From an uncultured virus (IMG/VR IMGVR_UViG_3300045020_000151) (Duplodnaviria; Heunggongvirae; Uroviricota; Caudoviricetes): DNA of 64,000 bases. Under the pieces are notes generated by a model. That model was not told the origin of the DNA, did no database searches, and saw nothing but the letters and a program-made list of their open reading frames with translations. This document shows positions 54,171 through 63,616 of this stretch, piece by piece. Position numbers and translations under genes: made by a program. Each line of letters starts with the position of its first letter. The stretch's first letter is position 1. The stretch lies in the IMG/VR virus record IMGVR_UViG_3300045020_000151; one strand, 5' to 3'.

Positions 54171-54884
54171 TTACGGCGAGGCCGGGGAGCTCGTGATGAG
54201 CGCCACGGACGCCCCCGCCACTGGAACCACCCGCTCTGGCTGCAGGGCCACCTGCTCTTGGATGACGACGCCTTGGGCGTCGGTCGCGATGGAGTGGGAG
54301 GGGATGTACGTCTCTTCGAGGTACACCGCCCCGAGGGTCGTCTCGTTCGAGTCCTTCATGTAGACGAGGAGGCCGCAGGGCTGGCTGAAGAGATCCGAGG
54401 CCAGGTTGAGGTAGATGTTCTCGAAGCCTGGTGGGATCTTGACGTCGTGTTGGTTGGCCACCGCTGCCGGAATGGCAGGGTCCACACCGAAGGTCGGGAC
54501 GAGGGTAGGTGGGATCGCGTCGTTGTAGAACGCGTACATCATCCTCAGCAGTGAGGGCCCGTTGTAGAGCACTCGACCGAAGCCAGCCTGCGCCTGGGTG
54601 CGGCCGGAGATGAAGTAGCTGCGCTCCGATCCGAGTTCCCAGAAGCGGGCGAACTGCCGGTTGTGGCTGAGGTTGAAGTTCTGAACCACCCCGATGGGCA
54701 GAGCGAAGTTGCTCTGTCCGGATGCCAGACCAGCCGATGCCGCTGTTGCTCCACCGATGGCCGCCAGTCGAGGGGGACCCGCCGCGATCATGGTGAAGGT
54801 GCCAGACGCGAAGCGGCCCTCGCCGAGGGCAGACGAGTTGTCCACCTTCTGCTGGTAGGGCTTCCAGTTTGTCAGGGTCGCCAT
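54171..54884 (-). CDS. Tail tube protein
   Basis: Downstream of sheath; IGVVQNFNLSHNRQ..RFWELGS...GRT....GRVLYNGPSLL. Confidence 0.7.
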   Translation of the reverse strand: MATLTNWKPYQQKVDNSSALGEGRFASGTFTMIAAGPPRLAAIGGATAASAGLASGQSNFALPIGVVQNFNLSHNRQFARFWELGSERSYFISGRTQAQAGFGRVLYNGPSLLRMMYAFYNDAIPPTLVPTFGVDPAIPAAVANQHDVKIPPGFENIYLNLASDLFSQPCGLLVYMKDSNETTLGAVYLEETYIPSHSIATDAQGVVIQEQVALQPERVVPVAGASVALITSSPASP

Positions 54885-54943
54885 CTTGGTTCTCCTTCAA
54901 AAGTGTGGGGCTGGAGAACCAGCCCCATGAGCGTCTCCCTGGC

Positions 54944-55372
54944 CTAGAACTGCATCTCCGCCGAAGCGTTGAGACCATCGTTGAGCTGGGCCTTGATGAG
55001 ACCGAGCTCCGAGGTGGAGTCCGTCACGGCCACGGCGAAGGCTCCGGTCGAGGAGGTCTGCATCCACACCTTCGCGGTTCCGGATCCGACCTTGACGGTG
55101 CCCACCGGGGTACCTGCGGCGGCGATGGTTCCTTGACCACCGGTTGGCACGTAGGTCTCCAGGGTGATGTCGAACGTTCCAGCCACCGGGACGCCGAAGG
55201 CATCGACCACCTGCCCCTGGACCGTCACGACGTGGGAGGCGACGACGCCTGGAGTGAGGGTGCACTCCAGGTGGAGAGCCTGGAGGCCACGAGCCTCCAA
55301 CTCCCTGCCATCGGAGGCCAAGTGCTTGAGGTACTCCAGCTCGGCCGAGACCATTCTGTTCGAGATGCCCAT
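54944..55372 (-). CDS. Putative tail-associated Ig-like protein
   Basis: QVVDAFG...WMQTSSTGAFAVAVT...EMQF. Confidence 0.55.
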   Translation of the reverse strand: MGISNRMVSAELEYLKHLASDGRELEARGLQALHLECTLTPGVVASHVVTVQGQVVDAFGVPVAGTFDITLETYVPTGGQGTIAAAGTPVGTVKVGSGTAKVWMQTSSTGAFAVAVTDSTSELGLIKAQLNDGLNASAEMQF

Positions 55373-55407
55373 CGTTGTTCTCCTTCGAAGAGTTGTTCAG
55401 TTCAGCA

Positions 55408-58400
55408 TCACACCACGAGCGTGATCTTGATGTAGTTGCAGGGGAACGGCACGTCGAGGGTGATGTCTAGCAGGACCGTGTCCGGGTTCTCCGGATCCTG
55501 GATGATGTTGTTGAGGTTCGACCCGTTGAGAACTCCGGAGTCCTCCAAGAACTTGAGGACTGCGTGGATGGTCGTCCCGATGGCGTCCAGGAGCTGGTTG
55601 GTGATGACGTTCTTGCCGATGAACTTCCGGACTGCGAGCCGGACGAACTTGGCGACGAAGTCGATGTCCTTGGTGATGGACAGCTCGCGGGTCTCGATGG
55701 AGGTGAGATCCGTCGAGAGCTGCATGCGGCTCATGATGGGAGCCCCGGGCGCGTCCTGGATGAGGATGTATGTTCCTCCTCCGGCCATCTGGTTGAGCTG
55801 GCTCTTGGTGAAGAAGCTCGTTCCCACCACCCCGACGAAGCCCGTCATGGGGAAGTTGGTGAAGGGCTGTTGTGGCGGCTGGGCTCCGACCATGCCGACG
55901 ATGGCGGCACAGGCGTAGAAGCCGGGGACGTTCTTCGTGATACCGGAGATGACCACCTGCACGGTGTCCGGGAACACGGAGTAGACCCGCCGGTCAGCGT
56001 AGGCTGCATTCGCCAACGCGGTGTTCTGGGCGATGAGGTTGTAGTCCGGACGCGGAGGGTTGGAGCCGTTGACGACGAGAGGAGCGCCTCTCACGTCAAG
56101 GCTGTAGGGCTGGTCCACCACCAGCACGTTGAGGGTCGTGGTGGTGTAGAAGCCGTCAGCGTTGGTCGTCGGATCCGAGAACGTGGTCCGGAAGTTCACG
56201 ACGGCGCCGGTGACACCGGAGACGTTGTAGTTGACCAGCTCGCCGTTCACCAGGAACGTCATGTAGACGCCTGCGTGCTCGTCGATGCTGGACAACGGAG
56301 TCGGAACGCCGGCGGCGAGGAGCCCAGGAGCCGGGTTCCCATCCAGCAGCATCTGGTTCTGCGTCGAAGTGCTGTTGGCGTTGGAGCCGGACAGGGCCAC
56401 GATGGGCACTGCTCGGGAGAGCATCTTCTTGTTGATGAAGACGATGCGCTCCCCACCCTGCTCGGGCTGGCTCATCAAGTCGACGTGGGTCTGCCAGAGA
56501 CCGAAGACGACATCGTCTTGGGTGAGAGGAGCGATGGCGTAGACCTCTTCGGCCTGCAAGAGGCCCGCTGCACGAGCCCACGCATCACTGGTGCCGAAGG
56601 GAGCAGCGGCCGAGACGGCATCCACTCCCAGCGCCTTCACCAGGAAGCCGGGGGCGTTGATCATGCAGAGGAACGTTCCCAGACCCAGAGGGTTCTGGTC
56701 CGTGAGCGGATTGAGCGTGGTGCTCAACGTCGCCACGTCCGAGAAGTTCAGGACTGCCGCCACCGGAGCCACCGCCGTCACGTCCAGACGGAGAGCCTGG
56801 TACTGGATGTACAGCGAGCTGGAGTTGAACTGCTGATCCAGCGGGTAGCCGGTGACCGGATCACGCATGACCTCCGGACCGACGTGGAGAACGCTGGAGT
56901 TGTCGATGTAGGCGTCGGGGAACGGACGCCCGGAGCCGGCCACCGTGACGGAGGGAGTGTTGAGGCCGAGGATGGTCTCAGCTCCGGTCGGGCTCGGAAC
57001 GATGATGGTGACCGCCGATGCCTGCCCGGCCAAGAAGGACGTGATGACCATCTTCAGTCCGGTCGTATCGACGGAAGCAACCGTCGCCCCCACCGTGGCG
57101 TTGATGGCCGTCACTGCCTCTGGCAACGAGTTCGAGACGAACGTCGTCAGATAGATGTGCGGGTTCTTGTCGAGCTGGAACTGGAGAGCCGTTCCGGTCA
57201 AGCTCGTGAAGGTGACGTCGGTCCCAGTGCCGATGGTGTCCGAGCTCGTCGAGAAGCCCAGAAGGGTGTTGGCCGTTCCGGTGGAACGGATGTCGATGGC
57301 CTGGTCGTCTCCGGTGAGAGAGGTCGTGAAGCGGAGCTGAGGTGGAGAGCCACCGTCATCGCTGACTGCGACTCCGGGGATGTTGGTTCCAATGGCCGCT
57401 TCGACCGCAGCCATGTTGGAGAACGGACCGCCGGTGAAGGTGAAGCGACCGGAGGTGGCCACACCGTTCACCGTGACGATGTAGTCCAGGTACAGACCGG
57501 CCAGGGTGAAGGGGCCGGAGCCTGCACCAACTCCTGTCACCCTTCCAGCCGTCGCTGCGGTGCCTGAGATGCTGCCGGTGACGCTGGCGGCGATGGGAGC
57601 AGCCAGGGTCCAATCGATGTTGTTCGCCTTGAAGTAGGCGTACTTCGGGCCGAACGGGTTCGGATCGAAGATGGTCCCGACCGTCGAGGGGTTGTACACC
57701 TTGGTGACGTAGTTCCCGTTGGCGTCGACGGTGGAGAGGGCGGTGTTGATGGTCCCGAGCTGGAATCGGGCCGACTGCACCGTCATGACCTCGGCGCCGT
57801 TCACCCGAATGCCGTCAGCGAAGAACCAATCGCCGACTCGAAGATCGTAGGTGCCGGAAGAACCGAAGGTGACGGCCGAGTGGGCGGCAGAGCTGAAGGT
57901 GGTCGGCGTCTCGATGTTGTAGAGACCCGCCTTCGATGGGAAGGACGTGCTGGCTCCATCGAGCAGGTAGGCGCCGGCGTAGAACTCGATCCAAGAAGAC
58001 CGGGTCGTGTTGTTGTTCTGGTTCTGGCCTCTCCAACCGGAACCCTCGATGCGCTCTTCGTGAGCGTTTGAACCGCTGGAGTAGCCGATCTGCAGGACGG
58101 AGTTCGCAGAGGCTCCTGCACGGACCGTGACCGAAGCCAGCGCTCCGTACTTGGTCGAGGCGATCTGCACCTTGTCGCTCGGAGCAGTGCCCACCACCGT
58201 GGCCACGGTTTGACCCACCGCAGCGTTGATCTGCGCTGCAGCTTGGGCTGAGGTCAGATTGCCGGAGCCAACGAAGGTGATGGTGATGTCGGGGACGTGG
58301 TTCGCATCGACTGGGTTGTCGATGGAGAGCACCAACACCGTTCCGTTCAGAGCGAGACCGGTACCACCGTTGAAGACAACCGTCTGGATGGCCGGCTGTC

Positions 58401-58758
58401 CGGCCCCATGAGCGGTGGCGAAGAAGGCTTCACCATGCCCCTGTTGATCGAGAAGCTCTCCGAGAGTGCCACCCTGGAGCAAGAAGGTGCGAACCGTGTT
58501 GTTCTGCACCACCAGCTCTGCGGCATTCCCACGCGGGGCGGGGAAGGAGCTCTCCGTGATGGAGAGAGGGGTCTGCAGGTACTGGCCGAAGAGGTCCCCC
58601 GAGTTGATGGTCCCGTCAGCGTTCAGGACGTTCGTGATCTCGAAGGCCGGGCCCACGACGACCGGAACGAGTGTTGGGGTGACGAAGGAAGGCGCAGGCG
58701 TCGAGAGCTGCTGAATGACTTCAACTCCGGGACGCGGGAGCTCGGCTGGCAGGGCCAT
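55408..58758 (-). CDS. Contractile tail sheath protein
   Basis: N-terminal RPGVEV; C-terminal RELSITKDIDFV...DTVLLDITLDVPFPCNYIKITLVV; 1116 aa with large insertions. Confidence 0.85.
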   Translation of the reverse strand: MALPAELPRPGVEVIQQLSTPAPSFVTPTLVPVVVGPAFEITNVLNADGTINSGDLFGQYLQTPLSITESSFPAPRGNAAELVVQNNTVRTFLLQGGTLGELLDQQGHGEAFFATAHGAGQPAIQTVVFNGGTGLALNGTVLVLSIDNPVDANHVPDITITFVGSGNLTSAQAAAQINAAVGQTVATVVGTAPSDKVQIASTKYGALASVTVRAGASANSVLQIGYSSGSNAHEERIEGSGWRGQNQNNNTTRSSWIEFYAGAYLLDGASTSFPSKAGLYNIETPTTFSSAAHSAVTFGSSGTYDLRVGDWFFADGIRVNGAEVMTVQSARFQLGTINTALSTVDANGNYVTKVYNPSTVGTIFDPNPFGPKYAYFKANNIDWTLAAPIAASVTGSISGTAATAGRVTGVGAGSGPFTLAGLYLDYIVTVNGVATSGRFTFTGGPFSNMAAVEAAIGTNIPGVAVSDDGGSPPQLRFTTSLTGDDQAIDIRSTGTANTLLGFSTSSDTIGTGTDVTFTSLTGTALQFQLDKNPHIYLTTFVSNSLPEAVTAINATVGATVASVDTTGLKMVITSFLAGQASAVTIIVPSPTGAETILGLNTPSVTVAGSGRPFPDAYIDNSSVLHVGPEVMRDPVTGYPLDQQFNSSSLYIQYQALRLDVTAVAPVAAVLNFSDVATLSTTLNPLTDQNPLGLGTFLCMINAPGFLVKALGVDAVSAAAPFGTSDAWARAAGLLQAEEVYAIAPLTQDDVVFGLWQTHVDLMSQPEQGGERIVFINKKMLSRAVPIVALSGSNANSTSTQNQMLLDGNPAPGLLAAGVPTPLSSIDEHAGVYMTFLVNGELVNYNVSGVTGAVVNFRTTFSDPTTNADGFYTTTTLNVLVVDQPYSLDVRGAPLVVNGSNPPRPDYNLIAQNTALANAAYADRRVYSVFPDTVQVVISGITKNVPGFYACAAIVGMVGAQPPQQPFTNFPMTGFVGVVGTSFFTKSQLNQMAGGGTYILIQDAPGAPIMSRMQLSTDLTSIETRELSITKDIDFVAKFVRLAVRKFIGKNVITNQLLDAIGTTIHAVLKFLEDSGVLNGSNLNNIIQDPENPDTVLLDITLDVPFPCNYIKITLVV

Positions 58759-58776
58759 TGAAGAGTTCTCCTTTCG

Positions 58777-59580
58777 CTACTTGCGCGGCTTCGGGGTCTT
58801 GATGAGCCCCTGAGCAACCGTCTGTGAGAGTGTCAGCACCTTGTCATACCCAATCAGCTTCCCGTTGATGCCTGGCTCCCTGATTGCCGTCGCGCCTGGG
58901 GCGGGCCATTCGATCTCTGAACTTAGGGCGACGGCCACTTTGGTGAGAAGCGATTTGTTGAGAGGAGAGGTAGTCCAGGTGTCTTGGAAGTAGAACGGGA
59001 CTTGCACACCAACGAGGATGATTTCGTTGGGATCTCCGGTGACGATGGAGCCCGGAGGAGACTCAGAACCGACCTGCAGTTCTTCACCCACCCGATGAAG
59101 ACCGGCTCCCAAGAGGAACCTCTTCAAGACACGAGTGGCGTAGAGGGCAATCCAGGCAATCCGTTGGGCCTCAATCCCCTCTCGGGAGAGGCAGTTGTAG
59201 GTCATCGACGCCGAGATGAGGTCCGTATGGCGGACAGCCCCCGAGACTGGATCGTTGTTGGGGGTGAAGGTGAACTTGCCAGACGCGTCTTTCACCAAGA
59301 GAGGCCCAGCGAACTGGTCAAGAGCTATGTTCGCAAAGGCCGCTGGTCCTCTTGAGACGATGATGGCCGGTCTCTTCTCGACCACCTCTTTGTCGATGGG
59401 GTTCTGATCAGAGATGGTGATGTCGGTGTTCTTCTCTTCAGCGTCCCAACGGTAGGCACCCTTCTCGAAGGTGCCGAAGACAATCTGCAAGAACTTGCAG
59501 AAGAGCCTGGCGAACTGCGTCAGAGGGTCTTCGCCGAACCCCTGAGGCTGAGGAACGCCTTGTGAGACTCTCTCGCTCAC
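58777..59580 (-). CDS. Putative tail terminator/completion protein
   Basis: Position upstream of sheath; KRPAIIVSRG. Confidence 0.5.
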   Translation of the reverse strand: MSERVSQGVPQPQGFGEDPLTQFARLFCKFLQIVFGTFEKGAYRWDAEEKNTDITISDQNPIDKEVVEKRPAIIVSRGPAAFANIALDQFAGPLLVKDASGKFTFTPNNDPVSGAVRHTDLISASMTYNCLSREGIEAQRIAWIALYATRVLKRFLLGAGLHRVGEELQVGSESPPGSIVTGDPNEIILVGVQVPFYFQDTWTTSPLNKSLLTKVAVALSSEIEWPAPGATAIREPGINGKLIGYDKVLTLSQTVAQGLIKTPKPRK

Positions 59581-59921
59581 TTCGACTTCTCCTCGTACAT
59601 CTTCCTCAGAGCCAGTCTGGACGCCATGACGCCGGCGCCAAGAAGAGGTCCGACAATCAGCTTCTTCGTCTTCGGGTCCAACCGTGACCAGGCTGGTCCG
59701 AGCTTGGATCCAACGAGCTTGTCAGCAACGGTTGTGAGAGCCGAACCCACACCGGCCCCACCGGCGATCAAGGCGGTGTTCTTCAAGAACTTCTTGGCCT
59801 TGTCTCTTCGCTCTTGATGAATGGCGGAGGAGATCTTCTGCAGCTCGTCTAGAAAGCCATCAACGAATCGCGCCTCTGGGATGGCCGAAGGCAGCGATGA
59901 TGTCGTCGTAGTCCTCTCCAT
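59577..59921 (-). CDS. Putative virion protein with GFLDELQKIS motif
   Basis: Motif followed by Gly/Ala-rich amphipathic segments; exact start uncertain. Confidence 0.5.
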   Translation of the reverse strand: MERTTTTSSLPSAIPEARFVDGFLDELQKISSAIHQERRDKAKKFLKNTALIAGGAGVGSALTTVADKLVGSKLGPAWSRLDPKTKKLIVGPLLGAGVMASRLALRKMYEEKSK

Positions 59922-60774
59922 CGTTTTCGAGGTTCTGGCGATTGAGGAAGTTCCTCTCGGCCGAAGGCTGCAACGTTTGGGTATTCACGTTCAGCGGGAG
60001 GTCGTATTCGATGTCACCCTTCGGAATCTCGTGAAGACCCAATTCCCACCGAACGGGAGTCCGAAGACGTTCAGTTGGTGTGGCTGAAACCACCTTCCAG
60101 CGTCGGTTTTCTGACTCCACAAGTATGTCGTTCACAGACACAGGTGGGAAGTAGATCATGCGCCCGGCCGTATCGATGGCCTGGCTCTGTCCAAGGGGAG
60201 TGGGCTTCAAATGCTGCCCGACTGGATCGATCTGAATCCAGACCTCGACGGGAGACATGTAGCCTCCCAAGAAGCCGGTGCCAAAGCAGGCCGCATGGTT
60301 GGACCTCGTCTTCCTCTGGAGGTTCACATCCCAGCAGGTGCACCGAGGACCAAAGGTCCTTCGTGGGAAGAGCCAGCAACGCCGACCAATGAACTCCCGG
60401 AAGAGGACGTCTTCTTCATGGTAGATGGCCGCCGCAATGAGATCAGGCTCTGGAATGCCTGAGGCGGCGGGGCCGAAGATCTTCTCGTCCCCGGTGGGAA
60501 CGTGGTGAACCTTGATTTGGTAGTAGTACTGCCGCCACTTGTGAAGAAGAGAGACCGAGACGTCTCGAATGGCGTACTGGTCGACGAGAGGACCGGCGAG
60601 TTGCTCGTAGGGCCCCTCCGGTGAATCCCCTGAGCGCAGAACGAAGAACTGGTAGTCGAAGATCTCATGCTTCTCTTCGTCGTTCCTCGGACCGAAGACG
60701 GAGTCGATCTCCCAGAAGATGTCCAGGCGATCGAGGTCGAAGGAACGGACTGTGAGCTTCGAGATGTTGATCAC
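59860..60774 (-). CDS. Putative neck/head-closure protein
   Basis: 304 aa; GPRCTCW...CFGTGFLGGY...DILVE...RRWKV. Confidence 0.5.
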   Translation of the reverse strand: MINISKLTVRSFDLDRLDIFWEIDSVFGPRNDEEKHEIFDYQFFVLRSGDSPEGPYEQLAGPLVDQYAIRDVSVSLLHKWRQYYYQIKVHHVPTGDEKIFGPAASGIPEPDLIAAAIYHEEDVLFREFIGRRCWLFPRRTFGPRCTCWDVNLQRKTRSNHAACFGTGFLGGYMSPVEVWIQIDPVGQHLKPTPLGQSQAIDTAGRMIYFPPVSVNDILVESENRRWKVVSATPTERLRTPVRWELGLHEIPKGDIEYDLPLNVNTQTLQPSAERNFLNRQNLENDGEDYDDIIAAFGHPRGAIR

Positions 60775-61346
60775 GGGAAGTTGCGCTGGACCAGGTACGT
60801 GGCGAGGTTAACTCCCGTGTACGTGGCCGCGATGGAGTACTGACCAATCTTGTTGGTGTCGTAGGTCCCTGGACTGGCAGCCTGGGCTGCAGCGGCATCT
60901 GCAGCCGTGCTGTAGATGCGAAGCCGGCCAGATGTCAGATTGTTGTTCCCGTCGAAGCTGGTGATGTCGAGGACCGAGTTCTCGTGTAGAAGTCCCAGGC
61001 TCCTGAAGAGAAGAACTGCCACGTCGTCATTGAGGTACCCAACGATCTGGAACCTCATGATGGTGAAGTCGGTGACAGGTGAAGATGTGCTGTTGAACGA
61101 GAGGACCAAGACCCCTAGCTCGTTCAAGATGCCGGCCGGGAGCCCGGCCATGTAGACACCTGGAGCATTGACCGAGTCCACCTCGGTCCAACTCGTCAGG
61201 GTGACGGTGACCTCCGAAGCGTCGTTCTTGATGGCCTTGACGACGAGATGGGCGGTGGTGACCCCAGTCTGACGGGTGACGCCGTCAGAGGCGAACATCA
61301 TCACTGCGATGTTGGCGGCCGTGCTCTGTTTGAGGAGGTCAGCCAT
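60771..61346 (-). CDS. Putative structural protein
   Basis: 191 aa; LLKQSTA...EVD...PGVY. Confidence 0.55.
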   Translation of the reverse strand: MADLLKQSTAANIAVMMFASDGVTRQTGVTTAHLVVKAIKNDASEVTVTLTSWTEVDSVNAPGVYMAGLPAGILNELGVLVLSFNSTSSPVTDFTIMRFQIVGYLNDDVAVLLFRSLGLLHENSVLDITSFDGNNNLTSGRLRIYSTAADAAAAQAASPGTYDTNKIGQYSIAATYTGVNLATYLVQRNFP

Positions 61347-61351
61347 ACACC

Positions 61352-61792
61352 CTACCCATCAAATCCAGCGTTGAAGTCCAGTCTCCTCCCAGCCGAGATG
61401 GATGAGAAGGTGTCACTGACGGGTCCGTTGACCAAGTTGTTGAGGGTCGCTGCAGTGCCAGCAGCAACGTCGATTCGATAGCTGCCAGCCTGGAGTCCAC
61501 CGCTGAGGTGAAGAGTGACTCCCTGCGTTCCGTCAAAGGTCACCGACGAAACTGTCAGCGCCGGCTGGCTGCTCAAAGAGGTGATGGTGTAGTTGGCAGC
61601 CGTCGTGAGGGCGGACAGGTTCTCAAGAGCGAAGTTCCACTTCAAGAGGACCTGTGAACCACCAGCCTCTGATGCGACAAAGAGGAGGGCTGGAGGGAAT
61701 GCCTCCATCGTCAATCTGCGAACACGCTGAGCGACTGGAAGGAACATCGGATCCAGTGGCGGCGTGAAGAAGAATCGGGTGACTGCCGGCAC
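61352..61792 (-). CDS. Ig-like domain structural protein
   Basis: VLLKWN..L...ANYTI...VSSV......VTL.LSG.L..GSY.I. Confidence 0.5.
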   Translation of the reverse strand: MPAVTRFFFTPPLDPMFLPVAQRVRRLTMEAFPPALLFVASEAGGSQVLLKWNFALENLSALTTAANYTITSLSSQPALTVSSVTFDGTQGVTLHLSGGLQAGSYRIDVAAGTAATLNNLVNGPVSDTFSSISAGRRLDFNAGFDG

Positions 61793-61801
61793 GGCTTCTC
61801 C

Positions 61802-62860
61802 TTACAGAGAGGGAGACGTATTGCATGGGAACCAGCAGGTGCCCATGACGACGGAGGTGACTGGAGGTGTAACAGGTGGCGAACTGGGTGGATCCGTCTT
61901 TCCGTTCGATGCGTTTGTCCCGTCGATTCCTGCAGCCTTGATGTCTACGATCCTCCCACGCCGTGTTCTGTGTGAGTTCGAGTTGGAGGTGTTGCTGAAG
62001 ACAGCGATTGGCCAATCGGGAATGGTACCGTCTTGACCATCACCACTGTTTGCGAAGCCTCCAGCCATGGGCCCGATGGAAGAGTTGTAGGGCTGGTATG
62101 GACCGTAACTCGAAGCGGTCGTCCCGTCCGAACCAGAGTTATCTGTGTAGCGAGCTTGCCAAATGGAGGTGCCGAAGAAGGCTGAATTGGTGGGCACTCC
62201 TGGAGCCCCGTTGTTGTATTCCATGTAGAGTCCGTACGGGAAAACGTCTCCGGAATACGCCTGGGCCATCATGGGGAGATACGACATCCACTGAGCCTGC
62301 CCCTGTCCGGACTTCTGCGAGAACATGTAGTGATCCCCAATGGTGCTGAGGACCCCGCTGAAGGCGAAGGTGGTCGAAGATCCATCTGTGATTTGCAGGT
62401 TGGTGAATGGGTTGCAAGCATCGGTGGTGGTCGGATCGTTGGTGCTGGAGCCGCCTGTCGGGGCACTCTTGCTGAATCTGACGTTGATGAAGTTGAAGCC
62501 ACCAGTACCCGACATGCTGACGAGTAAGTAGCAACCAGGTCCGAAACCGCTTGAGGGACTCTTGTAGCAAATCCAAGAGTGAGCCGTTCCGTTCGTTGCG
62601 CTCACGTACTTCGAGAAGTTGAACGTGCTGCCCCAACGATCGACAGCATCCATTGCTCCGGTGACCCCATCACTGGAACCGGCAACAGTCCAAGCTCCAG
62701 TTGGAGAGCCGATGGCGACGTTGTTGATGTCGGTGAACGAGAGCAGCGCCAACATCAACTGATGGTGGAAGAAGAGAAGAGACGCTGCCAGACGGTTGAC
62801 CGTCGTGTTGTCCGCCGGGGCAACGTTCCAGGCGTGCTGGTAGACCCGTTCGAAGGCCAT
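61802..62860 (-). CDS. Putative structural protein
   Basis: 352 aa G/S/T-rich; GAWTVAGSSDG. Confidence 0.55.
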   Translation of the reverse strand: MAFERVYQHAWNVAPADNTTVNRLAASLLFFHHQLMLALLSFTDINNVAIGSPTGAWTVAGSSDGVTGAMDAVDRWGSTFNFSKYVSATNGTAHSWICYKSPSSGFGPGCYLLVSMSGTGGFNFINVRFSKSAPTGGSSTNDPTTTDACNPFTNLQITDGSSTTFAFSGVLSTIGDHYMFSQKSGQGQAQWMSYLPMMAQAYSGDVFPYGLYMEYNNGAPGVPTNSAFFGTSIWQARYTDNSGSDGTTASSYGPYQPYNSSIGPMAGGFANSGDGQDGTIPDWPIAVFSNTSNSNSHRTRRGRIVDIKAAGIDGTNASNGKTDPPSSPPVTPPVTSVVMGTCWFPCNTSPSL

Positions 62861-62890
62861 TGCTTCACTCCCGAATCAGAGACTGTGGTC

Positions 62891-63607
62891 CTACTTGCCA
62901 ACTGCAGGGGCCATGCGGCCCACGAGCTTTTGAGCGCCTCCCACGAGAGCCGGAGCGGCTGCACCAGCGACTCCGCCGGCGGCAGCTCCACGGAGAGCGC
63001 CCCCGAGGCGGCTGCCGGATTGCCCGGTCATCGGATTGATGCCCGGCTTCTGGGCGGCGCCACCGACTGCTCCGATGGCTGCTCCGCCTGCAGCACGCCC
63101 CAACATGGAGGAACCTGCCATCGCCTTGCCTGCGCTCTGGAGACCCTTGGTGACGGTGGGCATCGCCTTGCCGAGGAGACCAGAGACGCCTGGAGGAAGA
63201 GCGAGAGACTTCTTCTCCTTGCCCATGTTCTGGAGCCAGCGTTCTGAGTGTCGGCCAGCCTGGACTCCACCGAGGTATCCCGCTCCGAGACCGTACTTCC
63301 CGGAGTGTTTGGCAACGTGTCCTTTGACCGCTCCGGCTGCCCCCTTGAGAGCGTCCATCTTCGAACCTGCGGTCTTGGCGAAGTCACGGGCGAGGTCTCG
63401 GCCCCACTGATCCGCAAGAGCGAACTTCTCTTCGGCCGACATCTTCACCATGTCGCTCTTCTTCTCCTTCTTCGGAGAAGCTTCCTTCTTGATGAGCTCT
63501 TCGAGCTCTTCGATGGGAAGATCCTTGAAGGCGGAGGCGAGTTTCGTCTTCTTCGAATCCACCGAGCTCAAGGCCTCGGCGAAGGTCATCTCGGCGGTCT
63601 TCTCCAC
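62891..63607 (-). CDS. Putative internal virion protein, Gly/Ala-rich, with K[TLEM][AS] motifs
   Basis: EKTA, TKLAS, KKEAS, VKMSA, AKTAG; glycine-zipper-like C-terminus. Confidence 0.55.
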   Translation of the reverse strand: MEKTAEMTFAEALSSVDSKKTKLASAFKDLPIEELEELIKKEASPKKEKKSDMVKMSAEEKFALADQWGRDLARDFAKTAGSKMDALKGAAGAVKGHVAKHSGKYGLGAGYLGGVQAGRHSERWLQNMGKEKKSLALPPGVSGLLGKAMPTVTKGLQSAGKAMAGSSMLGRAAGGAAIGAVGGAAQKPGINPMTGQSGSRLGGALRGAAAGGVAGAAAPALVGGAQKLVGRMAPAVGK

Positions 63608-63616
63608 GGGTTCCTC

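Noticed and set aside
55564..57567. 667 aa plus-strand ORF and similar long antisense ORFs (20922-21866, 1150-1698, 52658-53335)
   Set aside because: Shadow frames opposite well-supported genes, expected at this GC content
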